A model generated the notes under the pieces. That model was not told the origin of the DNA. It did no database searches and saw nothing but the letters and a program-made list of their open reading frames with translations. Below are positions 36,966 through 47,631 of a stretch of DNA of 64,000 nt, in pieces (within the stretch, counting starts at the first letter, position 1; each line of letters begins with the position of its first letter). The stretch lies in the NCBI GenBank assembly GCA_001823575.1, contig MHUW01000016.1, positions 2,099-66,098 of the forward strand. The letters run 5' to 3'. The position numbers were made by a program, and so were the translations under genes. The DNA comes from Candidatus Yonathbacteria bacterium RIFCSPLOWO2_01_FULL_47_33b. GTDB lineage: Bacteria > Patescibacteriota > Minisyncoccia > Phycocordibacterales > UBA1550.

Positions 36966-37763
36966 TTATTGCCCCTCTTTCAAAAAATCATCAATAGCTT
37001 GATATGTCTCTGGAAAGGCAAAGAGGTCATTGTGTCCCGCACCAGGAATAATAATCATTTTTTTATGAGGAGTCGTGAGCTGCGCGAACAATTTCTGCCC
37101 GAGTGCGAGCGGAATGATATCGTCTTTGTCGCCATGCAGTAAAACAACCTCCTTTTGGAAATCTTCCAGCAGGTGCGCGTTGTCGAATTCATCCCTCACC
37201 AAGAGAGAGATCGGATAAAACCAAAAAGCTTCCCGCGCAATATCGACCAGTGTCGTAAATGAGGAAATAAGAAGAAGTTTTTTCGGAGGTAATAGTGATG
37301 CATGATAAGACGCGAACCTATCGCCCACACTCTCCCCTACGACAACCACTTCTGAAAAATTTCGTGTGCGTAAAAAATCCACCGCATGTTCCACGTCTTT
37401 TTTAATGCGTTCGTGCGACGGCTTCCCGTTATCATTCGAGTATCCAGCGTATTCCGGTAAAAGATACGAGTACCCTGCTTGCTCAAAGAGCCCAGCAATA
37501 AATGCGCGGTCACACGCCGACCCAAAGTTGCCATGGTAGAGTACGGCGACCCGCGGACCATTGTCCTTAAAATACATTCTCGTTCCCCCGTGCGTTATTT
37601 TTTCTGCCTGCACTAAATTAGGGCACGTCGAAAAATCTTGTGGCGAGGGTTGATAAATGATGCTCTCTTGTCTGACCGTTAAAAAAATACCATACACGAC
37701 GTAGAACACGACAAAGAACCACACGGCTGCAAGAGAATTTTTATCGTACAATGATAGTGCCAT
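36966..37763 (-). CDS. Alpha/beta-fold hydrolase (serine hydrolase, GxSxG = GESVG)
   Basis: Nucleophile elbow VVGESVGD. C-terminal LLHGDKDDIIP...GAGHNDL. Confidence 0.8.
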   Translation of the reverse strand: MALSLYDKNSLAAVWFFVVFYVVYGIFLTVRQESIIYQPSPQDFSTCPNLVQAEKITHGGTRMYFKDNGPRVAVLYHGNFGSACDRAFIAGLFEQAGYSYLLPEYAGYSNDNGKPSHERIKKDVEHAVDFLRTRNFSEVVVVGESVGDRFASYHASLLPPKKLLLISSFTTLVDIAREAFWFYPISLLVRDEFDNAHLLEDFQKEVVLLHGDKDDIIPLALGQKLFAQLTTPHKKMIIIPGAGHNDLFAFPETYQAIDDFLKEGQ

Positions 37764-37767
37764 GTTG

Positions 37768-38847
37768 TTAGAGTAGTTTGATCACAAGGGTGGAGAGCGT
37801 GGGAACTCTTTCTACCGTAAACCTCGTGCGCCCCAGATACTGCCCTTGCTCGGTGACCACATTCACCCGCCACTCCCCTGCAAAAAGGTTACCCTTCACT
37901 GAGTACCCGCGATACCCCCCATCGCGCCCACCCGTAACCTGAAACTGTAGGCGGTCGGTGGTCACCCATTCATTTTTTATATCATCAAAATACTGCCACT
38001 CGTGGAAAATGGGCACGCTCAGATGTGTTGGTGCAAAAACCGAACTGTAGAAATAGAGGGGTTCATTCGCCAAACGATGAATGGTTGGGTGGTACCGCGA
38101 AACAAGGTCGTACCACGCGACTCCTTCGGTTTGCGCTTGATATCCACCACCCTCTGTCCGCTCGACTACGTGATACACACCAGCTTGTTTGAGAGAAAGC
38201 GGAATTGGCGGAATGATGTTGGTGAAATAGAGGATATTGATTACCACAAACGCGGACCCCAGACTGACCTTCAGTACGGGTCTCATATTTTTCATTACCT
38301 CAGGAATGATTCTCGACAACACAAAAACAAGCATCATCATCACGAGCACACTCACGGCCCCACTTACTAAAAACGCCCAGACATCCATCCTGTTCAAAAC
38401 AATAGGCGTATAAAGAATCGTAAAGAAAAAGATTGCGACAAAGAGAATGTTTATCTGAAACTCAAATCGCTGGTAGTAATTTTTGAAAAATTCATTCCCC
38501 AAGAGAACAGCCGCGAGTAAAACAATAAAGGCCCAACTACTCGTAAGCGAAGCGCTTCGTGTAAAAAATACAAAGTAACCACTAAAGAGCGCACCAAATG
38601 AAAACTGCGCAAGGAAAGGCGCCAGAGAAAAGAGCCGGGCGGCGAGAGGACCACGCACCTCCCGTCGCTCCGCAAAGGCAGTGAGGAGTACCGCAATGAC
38701 CGCAACCATAAGGTACGAAAGCAAAACAAGACTACTCCACAGAACGTCAATGCGGACGAGCGTAAGATTGTCGACCACAAACCCCACCAGAAACGCGAGC
38801 GACATCAACCGCTCACGTTTTGAAAAAAGAAATTGCCAGATAGCCAT
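37768..38847 (-). CDS. Polytopic membrane protein with C-terminal soluble beta-rich domain (DUF2914-like, tentative)
   Basis: Six to seven TM helices followed by a ~150-aa hydrophilic C-terminus. Confidence 0.35.
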   Translation of the reverse strand: MAIWQFLFSKRERLMSLAFLVGFVVDNLTLVRIDVLWSSLVLLSYLMVAVIAVLLTAFAERREVRGPLAARLFSLAPFLAQFSFGALFSGYFVFFTRSASLTSSWAFIVLLAAVLLGNEFFKNYYQRFEFQINILFVAIFFFTILYTPIVLNRMDVWAFLVSGAVSVLVMMMLVFVLSRIIPEVMKNMRPVLKVSLGSAFVVINILYFTNIIPPIPLSLKQAGVYHVVERTEGGGYQAQTEGVAWYDLVSRYHPTIHRLANEPLYFYSSVFAPTHLSVPIFHEWQYFDDIKNEWVTTDRLQFQVTGGRDGGYRGYSVKGNLFAGEWRVNVVTEQGQYLGRTRFTVERVPTLSTLVIKLL

Positions 38848-38859
38848 AGGCTAATAGTA

Positions 38860-39447
38860 TCAGAAAAAACCAACTCTGGCTTTCTTGAGTTCACTATGGA
38901 GAGCGCGGTGATTTGGTATTGCCTGCTCAACCAAACTCCAAAACTTTCGTGAATGATTGAATTCTTTTAGGTGACACAATTCGTGCACAATAATATAGTC
39001 TGAAATGTGCGCAGGAAGTAACGCGATTTTGTAATTAAAATTGATGTTACCTTTCTTTGAGCAACTTCCCCACCGCGTCTTTTGGTTTCTGATAGTCACC
39101 TTGCCCCAACTAAGTTGGTAGACTTCATTGAAATGCGCCATCCTCTCTATCGCAAGGACACGTGCTGACTCCTTGTGCAAGGCAAACTCCTGTTTAGTAT
39201 TCTTGAGTAAAATTCTGCCTGAAAACTTCTTGAAATACTCTATCTTATCAATAACCCATTGCGACTTTCTCACGATAAACTGCTCAATAGTGTCCAGCCC
39301 AACAAACTGTGGCGTGGTCACCACAAAATCTCCGTTCCCATAAATAGCGAGTCGCATCCTTCGTGCACGTTTGCTCACTTTGAGCGTGTACTCAACTCTT
39401 TTCTGATGCAGTTCAATCTCTTTTTTCATAAACAATTTGTATTCCAC
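38860..39447 (-). CDS. YgjP/DUF45-family metal-dependent hydrolase (M48/WLM-like HExxH)
   Basis: HELCHLKEFNH zinc motif near the C-terminus. About 190 aa, typical of the family. Confidence 0.7.
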   Translation of the reverse strand: MEYKLFMKKEIELHQKRVEYTLKVSKRARRMRLAIYGNGDFVVTTPQFVGLDTIEQFIVRKSQWVIDKIEYFKKFSGRILLKNTKQEFALHKESARVLAIERMAHFNEVYQLSWGKVTIRNQKTRWGSCSKKGNINFNYKIALLPAHISDYIIVHELCHLKEFNHSRKFWSLVEQAIPNHRALHSELKKARVGFF

Positions 39448-39479
39448 TATTTTACCCTACTCGGTAGATATACAGAAAG

Positions 39480-39866
39480 TTAGCTCTGAAAAACAACTTC
39501 AAATGGATACATACCCATACCGCACATCCCCTGAAGGGTGCCTGCTTTACCGACACCTATATCAATATCCGTCACACCCGTCTGGGGAAGTGTTTTACTT
39601 ATCCCTAGGCTTGGAACACGGACTGACGATGAACAGTCAAAGGTGCCATTCGTATCAAACCTCAATATGGTGGGGATGCCTGCCTTAGCAACACTTTTCC
39701 TTGGTTGATAACCACCCCTAGCTTTTATCTCGACAATCTGTTTACCATCAACGATGGTGACATTGTTTGCGTTGACCACTTCCACTCCACCACTGCTCCT
39801 CGTGAGCACAAAAACTCCTCCGATAAGCACGAGTGCGACAACCATTGATAGTACGGTAGATTTCAT
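39480..39866 (-). CDS. Membrane-anchored cupredoxin-like domain protein (copper binding)
   Basis: N-terminal TM. C-terminal GTLQGMCGMGMYPFEVVF resembles the Cupredoxin_1 copper site. Adjacent to copA. Confidence 0.6.
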   Translation of the reverse strand: MKSTVLSMVVALVLIGGVFVLTRSSGGVEVVNANNVTIVDGKQIVEIKARGGYQPRKSVAKAGIPTILRFDTNGTFDCSSSVRVPSLGISKTLPQTGVTDIDIGVGKAGTLQGMCGMGMYPFEVVFQS

Positions 39867-39879
39867 AACTATAAGTATA

Positions 39880-40905
39880 TTAAAAATTAAATAACGGCGG
39901 AATCAAACCCACAACAACCAAACTGTTTAGTATATTGAATACCGCGAACATCATAACGATAAGCCCTGCAGTCTTGAAAAATACCCCGGCCTTTGAACTG
40001 TTTTGAATACTGAATGAACTAAAACTAATGAGCGCGAGCACCGGAAATGTCCCCAAGGCAAACGAGAGCATCGTAAGTCCACCTTCCATGAAACTCCCTG
40101 TCGTGAGGGTATAGAGCTGCATCGACTGCGTGAACCCACAAGGCAGGAAAAAAGTGGCAACACCTACGAGAAGCGGTGTGAGGGTGTGGTTGAGTTTTGA
40201 CACCCCGTGGGCACGCTTTGCAACAGACTCCGGCATTGATAGCTGCAACTTCTTTGCCCACGGAAAAACATCAAGGAGGTTGAGTCCGAGGATAAGCATC
40301 ACCATGCCGATAATTAAACCAAGGGTAAAGGTCGCCGAAGCACTGAGTGTAAACGCTGACCCAAGAGCACCAATGACTCCACCAAGCACAAAAAATGAAA
40401 CAATGCGCCCGCCATGAAACATGAGCTGTGGTTTTATTTTGTCACCCTCTTTTGCAAAGGTCGCAGACATTGAAAGAACGAGTCCGCCCACAACCGCCAT
40501 GCATGTTGAGAGTGAAGCGATAATACCAATCACAAACGCCGTACCGTACGTAACATCGCCCGCGCTAACGAGATTCACGAGCCCTATTTTTTGCAGCACT
40601 ACAAACAGTACCGCAAAAGCTATGGCCACTGGTACGGCAATCCTGAAATCAGACCACTTGTTTTCTTTTACCTTCTTTTCAACAGACACCGTATACCCGT
40701 GAGACCTCAACGGTATCGTAAGTTCCTCGGCAATCAGCTCAGCTACCTTCTCTCCAAAGTTTCCCTCTACTTCCACTGAGTGATTTTTGAGGCTTGACTT
40801 CACATGAGTGATATACGGCAAATCTCCAAGCTCGCTTTCGATCATAAGGACGCATGAATTGCAGTGCATGCCCTGTACATGAAATGTATATTTTTGTGTA
40901 GTCAT
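39880..40905 (-). CDS. HMA-domain (GMHCNSC) protein fused to a DsbD_2/TauE-like permease
   Basis: N-terminal heavy-metal-associated motif MHCNSC. Polytopic membrane domain with conserved cysteines (STCMAVVGG, LPCGFTQ) follows. Confidence 0.5.
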   Translation of the reverse strand: MTTQKYTFHVQGMHCNSCVLMIESELGDLPYITHVKSSLKNHSVEVEGNFGEKVAELIAEELTIPLRSHGYTVSVEKKVKENKWSDFRIAVPVAIAFAVLFVVLQKIGLVNLVSAGDVTYGTAFVIGIIASLSTCMAVVGGLVLSMSATFAKEGDKIKPQLMFHGGRIVSFFVLGGVIGALGSAFTLSASATFTLGLIIGMVMLILGLNLLDVFPWAKKLQLSMPESVAKRAHGVSKLNHTLTPLLVGVATFFLPCGFTQSMQLYTLTTGSFMEGGLTMLSFALGTFPVLALISFSSFSIQNSSKAGVFFKTAGLIVMMFAVFNILNSLVVVGLIPPLFNF

Positions 40906-40910
40906 AATGA

Positions 40911-43205
40911 TTATAGTTTCTTAGCCTTAATTCTGAGCGAGTTGGACACCACAGATACACTTGAGAACGCCATCGCAAACCCTGCAAAGACGGGGTTCAA
41001 GAGCCACCCAAAAATCGGATAGAACACTCCTGCCGCAAGAGGGATTCCCACGATGTTGTAAATGAATGCCCAAAAGAGGTTCTGCTTGATGCCGCGCATA
41101 GTCATTTTTGAAAGCTTGATTGCTTTCACGAGCTTGGAAACATCTCCCCCGAGGAGCGTGATGCCGGCTGACTCGATAGCCACATCCGTACCTGTACCCA
41201 TCGCAATACCCACATCAGCTACCGCAAGTGCTGGGGCATCGTTCACGCCATCACCTGCCATGGCCACTATTTTCCCTTGCGACTGTAATTCTTTTATTTT
41301 TGCTAATTTATCTTGTGGTAATACATGGGCGACCACTTCATCAATGCCGACGAGTGCCGCCATATACTTTGCCGCTTTCTCATCATCTCCCGTGAGCATA
41401 ATCACTTTGATCCCCAGCTTGTGGAGGTCGCTCACTGCTTGCTTTGATTCAGATTTTATTTCGTCGGCGACCATCACAAACCCGAGTACCTTTTCTTTCG
41501 TGGCAAGGATGACCGGAGTTTTTCCTTGTGCAGTAAACTCTTCAATTTTCGAAACATCAAATGCAACACCGAGGTCTTTCATGAGTTTAATGTTGCCCGC
41601 ATAGTATTCAATGTCTTTGACTGACCCCTTGAGTCCTTTACCCTGAATACCTTCGAAGGCAGCGACATTTTCTATCACCATATTCTTTTCTTGCGCGTAA
41701 TTTACGATCGCATGCGCAATCGGGTGCTCTGATTTTTTCTCAAGCGATGCAAGTATCGATATGAGTTCGCCATCTTTTATTTCCGAGAGATTTTGAATAT
41801 CGACAAGGGTTGGTTTGCCAATAGTAATCGTCCCCGTTTTATCGACAATAACCGTATCCACCTTGTGCAACTTTTCGAGAGTTGCGGCGTCCTTTATCAA
41901 AATTCCCTCTTTGGCTCCCTTGCCTACTCCTACAATGATTGCCGTTGGTGTCGCAAGCCCAAGCGCACACGGACAGGCGATAACGAGAACACCTACGAAT
42001 GAAACAAGCCCAAACGACAATGCTTGCGAAAATCCAAGGGGTCCATACCCAAACACGAGCCACGCACCCAAGGAAAGGAACGCGATTACAAGCGTAATAG
42101 GGACAAAGACACTTGAGATTTTGTCTGCCAATGCCTGAATGGGCGCCTTACTACTTTGAGCATCCTCTACCATTTTTATAATTTGTGCAAGCAACGTTTC
42201 TGCCCCAACTTTGGTTGCCTTAAAAGTAAAAGCTCCGCTAGTATTTATGGTTCCCGCAACCACACTGTCCCCTACTTTTTTCTGGACGGGCATTGGCTCT
42301 CCCGTAACCATCGACTCATCGACAAACGAGGACCCTTCCGTTATTAGCCCATCAACAGGAATCTTTGCGCCCGGCTTTACCACAATGAGGTCACCGTGCT
42401 TTACTTCGCTAATTGAAATCTCTACTTCTTTTCCATCACGAATAACCAGAGCAGTTTTTGCCTGGAGATTAAGAAGCTTTTCGATAGCATCTCCCGTCTT
42501 TATCTTTGAACGAGCTTCGAGATATTTACCAAGCGCAATAAACGTAATGACGATAATCGTGACATCGTAATATGTTTGGTCAACATTGATAAATGGTCTC
42601 AGCGCATCCTCAAACGAGCTAATAGTAAGACTGTAAAGAAAAGCCGCGGATGTACCGATACCAATAAGGGTGTCCATATTCGCTTTACCGTAACGAAGGA
42701 AGCGGTAGAAACCGAGGAGATACGGTTTACCAACTACAAAAAGTGCGTAGGTTGCAAAAATAGGAAGGAGGTGATGAAAAAACTCGTAAAGCGTGTGACT
42801 CATTTCAGGAACTACTTTATATTGTCCGAGAATGTCCCAACTCATAACAAAAACACTAAAAATAGCGAGAGGAATTATTGAAATGACTTTTGAACGCATA
42901 CTCTCAACTTCAGCAAGTTTCTCTTTTTTTGATTGGTTGAGTCCAAGATGCCCTGCGTGTTCGTCGGCCGACATTCCCATCTCTACAGCGGTGGGGATAA
43001 TAAGGGAGTAGCCAAGCTTTTCTATTTTTTGTGAGAGGTCTTGAGGGTTCGTTTTTGCTTCATCAAAAACAACCTTCACCGTTTCCGTGCCGGGATTTAC
43101 TTCGGCTGATTGCACGCCCTCTGTTTTTTTGAACGTTTTCTCAATGATACCGGCGCACGAGGCGCAATGCATTCCTCTTACATTATATGTTTTTGTCGTG
43201 TTCAT
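40911..43205 (-). CDS. copA: Copper-translocating P1B-type ATPase
   Basis: [17 protein letters not shown] ([12 protein letters not shown]). DKTGTIT phosphorylation site. GDGVNDAP hinge. Confidence 0.95.
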   Translation of the reverse strand: MNTTKTYNVRGMHCASCAGIIEKTFKKTEGVQSAEVNPGTETVKVVFDEAKTNPQDLSQKIEKLGYSLIIPTAVEMGMSADEHAGHLGLNQSKKEKLAEVESMRSKVISIIPLAIFSVFVMSWDILGQYKVVPEMSHTLYEFFHHLLPIFATYALFVVGKPYLLGFYRFLRYGKANMDTLIGIGTSAAFLYSLTISSFEDALRPFINVDQTYYDVTIIVITFIALGKYLEARSKIKTGDAIEKLLNLQAKTALVIRDGKEVEISISEVKHGDLIVVKPGAKIPVDGLITEGSSFVDESMVTGEPMPVQKKVGDSVVAGTINTSGAFTFKATKVGAETLLAQIIKMVEDAQSSKAPIQALADKISSVFVPITLVIAFLSLGAWLVFGYGPLGFSQALSFGLVSFVGVLVIACPCALGLATPTAIIVGVGKGAKEGILIKDAATLEKLHKVDTVIVDKTGTITIGKPTLVDIQNLSEIKDGELISILASLEKKSEHPIAHAIVNYAQEKNMVIENVAAFEGIQGKGLKGSVKDIEYYAGNIKLMKDLGVAFDVSKIEEFTAQGKTPVILATKEKVLGFVMVADEIKSESKQAVSDLHKLGIKVIMLTGDDEKAAKYMAALVGIDEVVAHVLPQDKLAKIKELQSQGKIVAMAGDGVNDAPALAVADVGIAMGTGTDVAIESAGITLLGGDVSKLVKAIKLSKMTMRGIKQNLFWAFIYNIVGIPLAAGVFYPIFGWLLNPVFAGFAMAFSSVSVVSNSLRIKAKKL

Positions 43206-43210
43206 ATTTT

Positions 43211-43474
43211 TTACTTACGTTTAAGTCGATACACTTTTAGTATTTCCTCTATGGCCTTTCCTTCCTTCCCCTTCTTGATCTGCTCTATCGCACAGGAGCC
43301 TAGGTGGCTCTCCATGAGCGCATCCTCGACACCCGAGAGAGCCTGCTTTGCCGCAGATATTTGTGTAATGATATCAATGCAATAAACTCCTTTTTCTAAC
43401 ATGTCTTGCAGCCCGCGCACTTGCCCCTCAACAATCTTAAGCCTCTTGATTAACTTTTTTGTCGATTCTTTCAT
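43211..43474 (-). CDS. csoR: CsoR-family copper-sensing transcriptional repressor
   Basis: 87 aa DUF156 fold with Cys (GVYCIDI), His (MESHLG) and Cys (GSCAIE) ligands in the canonical C-H-C arrangement. Confidence 0.9.
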   Translation of the reverse strand: MKESTKKLIKRLKIVEGQVRGLQDMLEKGVYCIDIITQISAAKQALSGVEDALMESHLGSCAIEQIKKGKEGKAIEEILKVYRLKRK

Positions 43475-43485
43475 ATTTAAATGAT

Positions 43486-43502
43486 ATACCCCCTAGGGGT
43501 AT
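43486..43502. promoter_or_regulatory. Candidate CsoR operator: ATACCCC-cta-GGGGTAT dyad
   Basis: 7-bp perfect arms around a 3-nt centre, 12-28 nt upstream of the csoR ATG. Matches the GC-rich TACCC...GGGTA type of known CsoR operators. Confidence 0.55.
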
Positions 43503-43535
43503 CGTGTCAAGCTATCTCACGTTCGTCTGTTTTTA

Positions 43536-43568
43536 ACAAAAAGCCCCGCATAAATTATACGGGCTTTT
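43536..43568 (-). terminator. Imperfect hairpin aaaaagccccgcata-aatt-atacgggcttttt after phosphoketolase
   Basis: Read directly. Immediately downstream of the xfp stop. Confidence 0.45.
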
Positions 43569-43570
43569 TG

Positions 43571-45937
43571 TTACTGCCACTTCCAGTTGAGAATCTCGGG
43601 GAGGTCCTCGCCGTGCTTGTTGATGTATTCTTTGTGCTCGATGAGTTTATCCTGCATCATTTGCTTGAGGTACGCACCCTTTGATTCAAACTTGGGCAAA
43701 CGGCCGACGACATCCATCACGAGATGGTAGCGATCCATGTCATTAAGAACCGTCATGTCGAAGTTTGTCGTAATGGTTCCCTCTTCCTTGTAGCCACGTA
43801 CGTGGATATTTTTATGATTGTTTCGTCTGTACGTAAGGCGGTGAATAAGCCATGGGTAACCATGAAAGGCGAACATAACTTGTTTGTCTTTCGTAAAGAG
43901 CGAATCAAAGTCAGTGTCACTCAGTCCGTGTGGGTGCTCAGATTGTGGCTGCAGTTTCATAAGGTCGACAATATTCACCATACGAATTTTTATTTCAGGG
44001 ATATGTTCGCGCAAAATCATAATAGCAGCAAGAATCTCTCGCGTTGGCACATCACCGCAACTCACCATGACAACATCGGGTTCAGCACCTTGGTCATTAC
44101 TTGCCCACGACCAAATACCAACGCCCTCAGAGCAGTGCCTTACCGCAGCATCCATAGAGAGCCATTGCGGTGCTTGATATTTACCGGCAATCACCACATT
44201 CACATAGTGACGGCTACGCAAACAGTGGTCGTAGACAGAGAGAAGGCAGTTCGCATCGGGAGGAAGGTACACGCGCACCACCTCAGCTTTTTTATTGACC
44301 ACCGTATCAATAAACCCTGGGTCCTGATGCGTGAAACCATTGTGTGCCTGCTGCCACACGTGTGATGCGAGCAGATAATTGAGTGATGCGAGTTTTCTGC
44401 GCCATGGTAGTTTCAAGGTTACCTTGAGCCACTTTGCATGCTGATTGAACATTGAGTCAACAATATGTATGAATGCCTCATAACTGTTAAAGACCCCGTG
44501 ACGCCCCGTAAGGAGGTAGCCTTCTAGCCACCCCTCACATTGATGTTCACTCAACATTTCCATTACCCTCCCGTCTGTTGAGAGAAATTCATCACCCTCT
44601 TGTGTTCGCGCATTCCACTGACGATTAGTAACATCAAATATCGAGTTCAGCCGATTAGAGAGTGTTTCATCTGGCCCAAAAATCCTGAAATTGCGAGCTT
44701 CTTTATTGAGCTCGATGATGTCGCGGAAAAATCCTCCAAGAATTTCAGTGTCTGCGGCTAAAACTGAACCAGGAGAAGGGACGTCTACGGCATATTTTTC
44801 AAAATCAGGAAGAATGAGGTCTTTAAGGAGTAGCCCTCCGTTAGTATGAGGATTGGCACCCATTCTGCTCTGCCCCTTCGGCGCGAGCTCGGCAAGTTCA
44901 GCTATGAGTTTTCCCTCTTCATCAAAAAGCTCCTCGGGGCGATAACTCTTCATCCACTGTTCAAGCTGCGCAAGATGCTCTGGATGTTTGCGGTCTATAG
45001 AAAGTGGTACCTGGTGCGAACGGAAGGATCCCTCGTTGGGTAGTCCGTCAACTTCCTTTGGCCCCGTCCAGCCCTTTGGTGTCTGGAGAACAATCATTGG
45101 CCAACGTGGGCGTGACGCATCTCTGTGGACGCGCGCATGTTGTTGTATCCGTTTAATTTCACTGATAGTCTTGTCGAGCACAGCAGCCATTTGCTGATGC
45201 ACAATTTCCGAGTCGCTACCTTCGACAAAATACGGCTCCCATCCATACCCACGAAAAAGCTGTTCAAGTTCCTCGCGTTCGATACGTGCAAAAATGGTGG
45301 GGTTTGCAATCTTATATCCGTTCAAGTGGAGGATCGGGAGCACGGCGCCATCGGTGATGGGATTAAGAAATTTATTTGAATGCCATGAGGTAGCGAGTGG
45401 CCCCGTCTCTGCTTCACCGTCACCTACCACGCACGCAACCACGAGATCGGGGTTATCAAAAACAGCGCCAAAAGAATGACTAAGTGAGTACCCAAGCTCC
45501 CCCCCCTCATGCATAGAACCAGGGCACTCGGGAGAGACGTGACTCGGAATACCACCAGGGAAAGAAAACTGTGTAAAGAGTTTTTTCATCCCCTCTTCGT
45601 CCTGACTAATGTTTGGGTAGGTCTCGGTATAGGTTCCCTCAAGATACGTGTTTGCCACCAGTGCAGGCCCGCCGTGCCCTGGACCCGAAACATACAGCAT
45701 ATTGAGGTCAAAATTCTTGATGACGCGATTGAGGTGTACGTAAATAAAATTCTGTCCCGGTGTTGTCCCCCAATGCCCGAGCAAGGTTGGCTTCACGTGT
45801 GAAAAATCAAGTGGTTTTTTAAGGAGCGGGTTATCAAAGAGGTAAATTTGTCCCACCGACAAATAATTCGCGGCATGCCAATAAGCATCCATCTTGCGGA
45901 GGAGTTCAGGAGAAAGTGGTTTTTCTATGGTGTGCAT
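43571..45937 (-). CDS. xfp: Xylulose-5-phosphate/fructose-6-phosphate phosphoketolase
   Basis: 788 aa. N-terminus [15 protein letters not shown]...[10 protein letters not shown] and GPGHGG are canonical XFP signatures. Confidence 0.95.
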   Translation of the reverse strand: MHTIEKPLSPELLRKMDAYWHAANYLSVGQIYLFDNPLLKKPLDFSHVKPTLLGHWGTTPGQNFIYVHLNRVIKNFDLNMLYVSGPGHGGPALVANTYLEGTYTETYPNISQDEEGMKKLFTQFSFPGGIPSHVSPECPGSMHEGGELGYSLSHSFGAVFDNPDLVVACVVGDGEAETGPLATSWHSNKFLNPITDGAVLPILHLNGYKIANPTIFARIEREELEQLFRGYGWEPYFVEGSDSEIVHQQMAAVLDKTISEIKRIQQHARVHRDASRPRWPMIVLQTPKGWTGPKEVDGLPNEGSFRSHQVPLSIDRKHPEHLAQLEQWMKSYRPEELFDEEGKLIAELAELAPKGQSRMGANPHTNGGLLLKDLILPDFEKYAVDVPSPGSVLAADTEILGGFFRDIIELNKEARNFRIFGPDETLSNRLNSIFDVTNRQWNARTQEGDEFLSTDGRVMEMLSEHQCEGWLEGYLLTGRHGVFNSYEAFIHIVDSMFNQHAKWLKVTLKLPWRRKLASLNYLLASHVWQQAHNGFTHQDPGFIDTVVNKKAEVVRVYLPPDANCLLSVYDHCLRSRHYVNVVIAGKYQAPQWLSMDAAVRHCSEGVGIWSWASNDQGAEPDVVMVSCGDVPTREILAAIMILREHIPEIKIRMVNIVDLMKLQPQSEHPHGLSDTDFDSLFTKDKQVMFAFHGYPWLIHRLTYRRNNHKNIHVRGYKEEGTITTNFDMTVLNDMDRYHLVMDVVGRLPKFESKGAYLKQMMQDKLIEHKEYINKHGEDLPEILNWKWQ

Positions 45938-45946
45938 ATTTAAAAA

Positions 45947-47116
45947 TTACTTACCTAATTCACTCGCAATCCGCGCGATCATAAGCTCCTCGTTCGTACG
46001 CATCACCCGCACGCATATGGGTGCAGATGAAGAAGAAATAATTTCTTTGTTTCCCTCGTTGTGTGCCCCGTCAATCGTGATGCCTAAAAATTCCAACCCT
46101 GCGCATATGCGGGTACGGATGCGCGGGGCATTCTCGCCCATCCCTCCGGTAAAGATTACTGTATCAACACCGCCCATCGCCGCTGCGTACGCACCGATGT
46201 GCTTTTTTACCTCATAACAAAAGAGATCAACGGCTTCTTTGGCACGCACATCATTCGCCTGCGCCTCAAGGAGGTCGTACATATTAGAACTGGTCTCCGA
46301 GATTCCCAAGAGTCCCGACTCATGATTGATGAGGTGACTGAGGGATTCAAGCGAGAGTCCCTCACTTTTCATTATATACCAAAGTGTGCCAGGGTCGAGG
46401 TCCCCTGTGCGCGAACTCATCGGAATTCCCCCTGTCGGCGTGAAGCCCATGCTCGTATCAACACTCTTCCCTTCTTTTACCGCCGTAACACTCGCGCCGT
46501 TTCCCAAATGCGCAATGATTACCCGCCCTTCGGCTTTTGATGGATCCACTCTACGTAACTCTTCTATGAGGTAACTACACGAAAGCCCGTGGAACCCATA
46601 ACGACGTACTCCTTTTGCGTCAAATCGTCGAGGAATCGGGAGCAACTGCGCAACGCGTGGCATATCGTGATGGAACACCGTATCAAAACAGGCGACCTGT
46701 ACGAGTGTAGCGTGACGCTCTGCAAATGTTTCGAGAATCGCTATCTCAAGCGGTAAATGCTCGGGGTCGATAGGACTCGTGTCTTTAAGCTCGGCAATAA
46801 GCTCGCTCGTCACCACCGCATGACGGTCACGACCCATCCCATGTACAATGCGGTGCCCCACCACAACAATGTTATTAAAATCAACCTCCTCCCCAAGAAA
46901 CGAATTCAACATTTCTACCGCTGCCCTATAATCTACGAGAGGGGTTTCGCGCACTACCTCCTTGCTTTCTCCTTTAGAGTAAACGAGAAATGACCCCGGC
47001 AGTCCAATGCGGTCAATCTTTCCAATCATTGTCCGCGCAAATGAACCGTCGGCCACATAGAGCGCAAACTTGATACTCGATGACCCCCCGTTGATGGTGA
47101 GAATATATTTTTCCAT
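45947..47116 (-). CDS. ackA: Acetate kinase
   Basis: ILTINGGSSSIKFALY N-terminal ATP-binding motif, acetate/propionate kinase fold. Start at MEKYIL. Confidence 0.95.
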   Translation of the reverse strand: MEKYILTINGGSSSIKFALYVADGSFARTMIGKIDRIGLPGSFLVYSKGESKEVVRETPLVDYRAAVEMLNSFLGEEVDFNNIVVVGHRIVHGMGRDRHAVVTSELIAELKDTSPIDPEHLPLEIAILETFAERHATLVQVACFDTVFHHDMPRVAQLLPIPRRFDAKGVRRYGFHGLSCSYLIEELRRVDPSKAEGRVIIAHLGNGASVTAVKEGKSVDTSMGFTPTGGIPMSSRTGDLDPGTLWYIMKSEGLSLESLSHLINHESGLLGISETSSNMYDLLEAQANDVRAKEAVDLFCYEVKKHIGAYAAAMGGVDTVIFTGGMGENAPRIRTRICAGLEFLGITIDGAHNEGNKEIISSSSAPICVRVMRTNEELMIARIASELGK

Positions 47117-47233
47117 TACCGTATATGTTTGATTACTTTTCATCTATCAGTATATCAGATTTTATGGGGAACAGAATTTCTAACCAAAACGAAAAGCTGG
47201 CAAAAAAGAAGCTAAGTCGTCATCACTCACTTG

Positions 47234-47620
47234 TTAGCTGCATGCAATTTTGTAATGCTCTTTGAGCATAGTTTTCCATTCTGCTGTTTCGTTTTTACCA
47301 CGCAAGTCTGTTTTTGTGTAAACGAGTAAAACGGAAACAGATTGTTTTTCTTTGTTCAGGGCAACGACACACCTATTCCCTGAGGTCTTTGAAGACTCCT
47401 TTGTTCCCGCAACCCTGAATTTTGTTTTGATTATCTGTACGCCATCCGCGTCACTGATAACTTCCGCACGGTCAGTAAGGAGGAGATTGTCGATATGCTC
47501 AAGCTCAGCCACAATAGCAAGTCGCGTCGTATCCCATTTCCCTTGATACTTCTTTTGAAAACTTTTGATGAAGTGCCGTTCGGCAAAGTCCTCGATTGTT
47601 ACTGAAAAATTTCCTTGCAT
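47234..47620 (-). CDS. Putative toxin partnered with the Panacea-domain antitoxin (family unknown, possibly RelE/ParE-like fold)
   Basis: Immediately downstream of, and overlapping, the HTH-Panacea gene. C-terminal NRCVVALNKEKQSVSVLLVYTKTDL resembles the RelE-type C-terminus. Start uncertain (47620 or 47698). Confidence 0.35.
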   Translation of the reverse strand: MQGNFSVTIEDFAERHFIKSFQKKYQGKWDTTRLAIVAELEHIDNLLLTDRAEVISDADGVQIIKTKFRVAGTKESSKTSGNRCVVALNKEKQSVSVLLVYTKTDLRGKNETAEWKTMLKEHYKIACS

Positions 47621-47631
47621 GGTCTTGGGTC

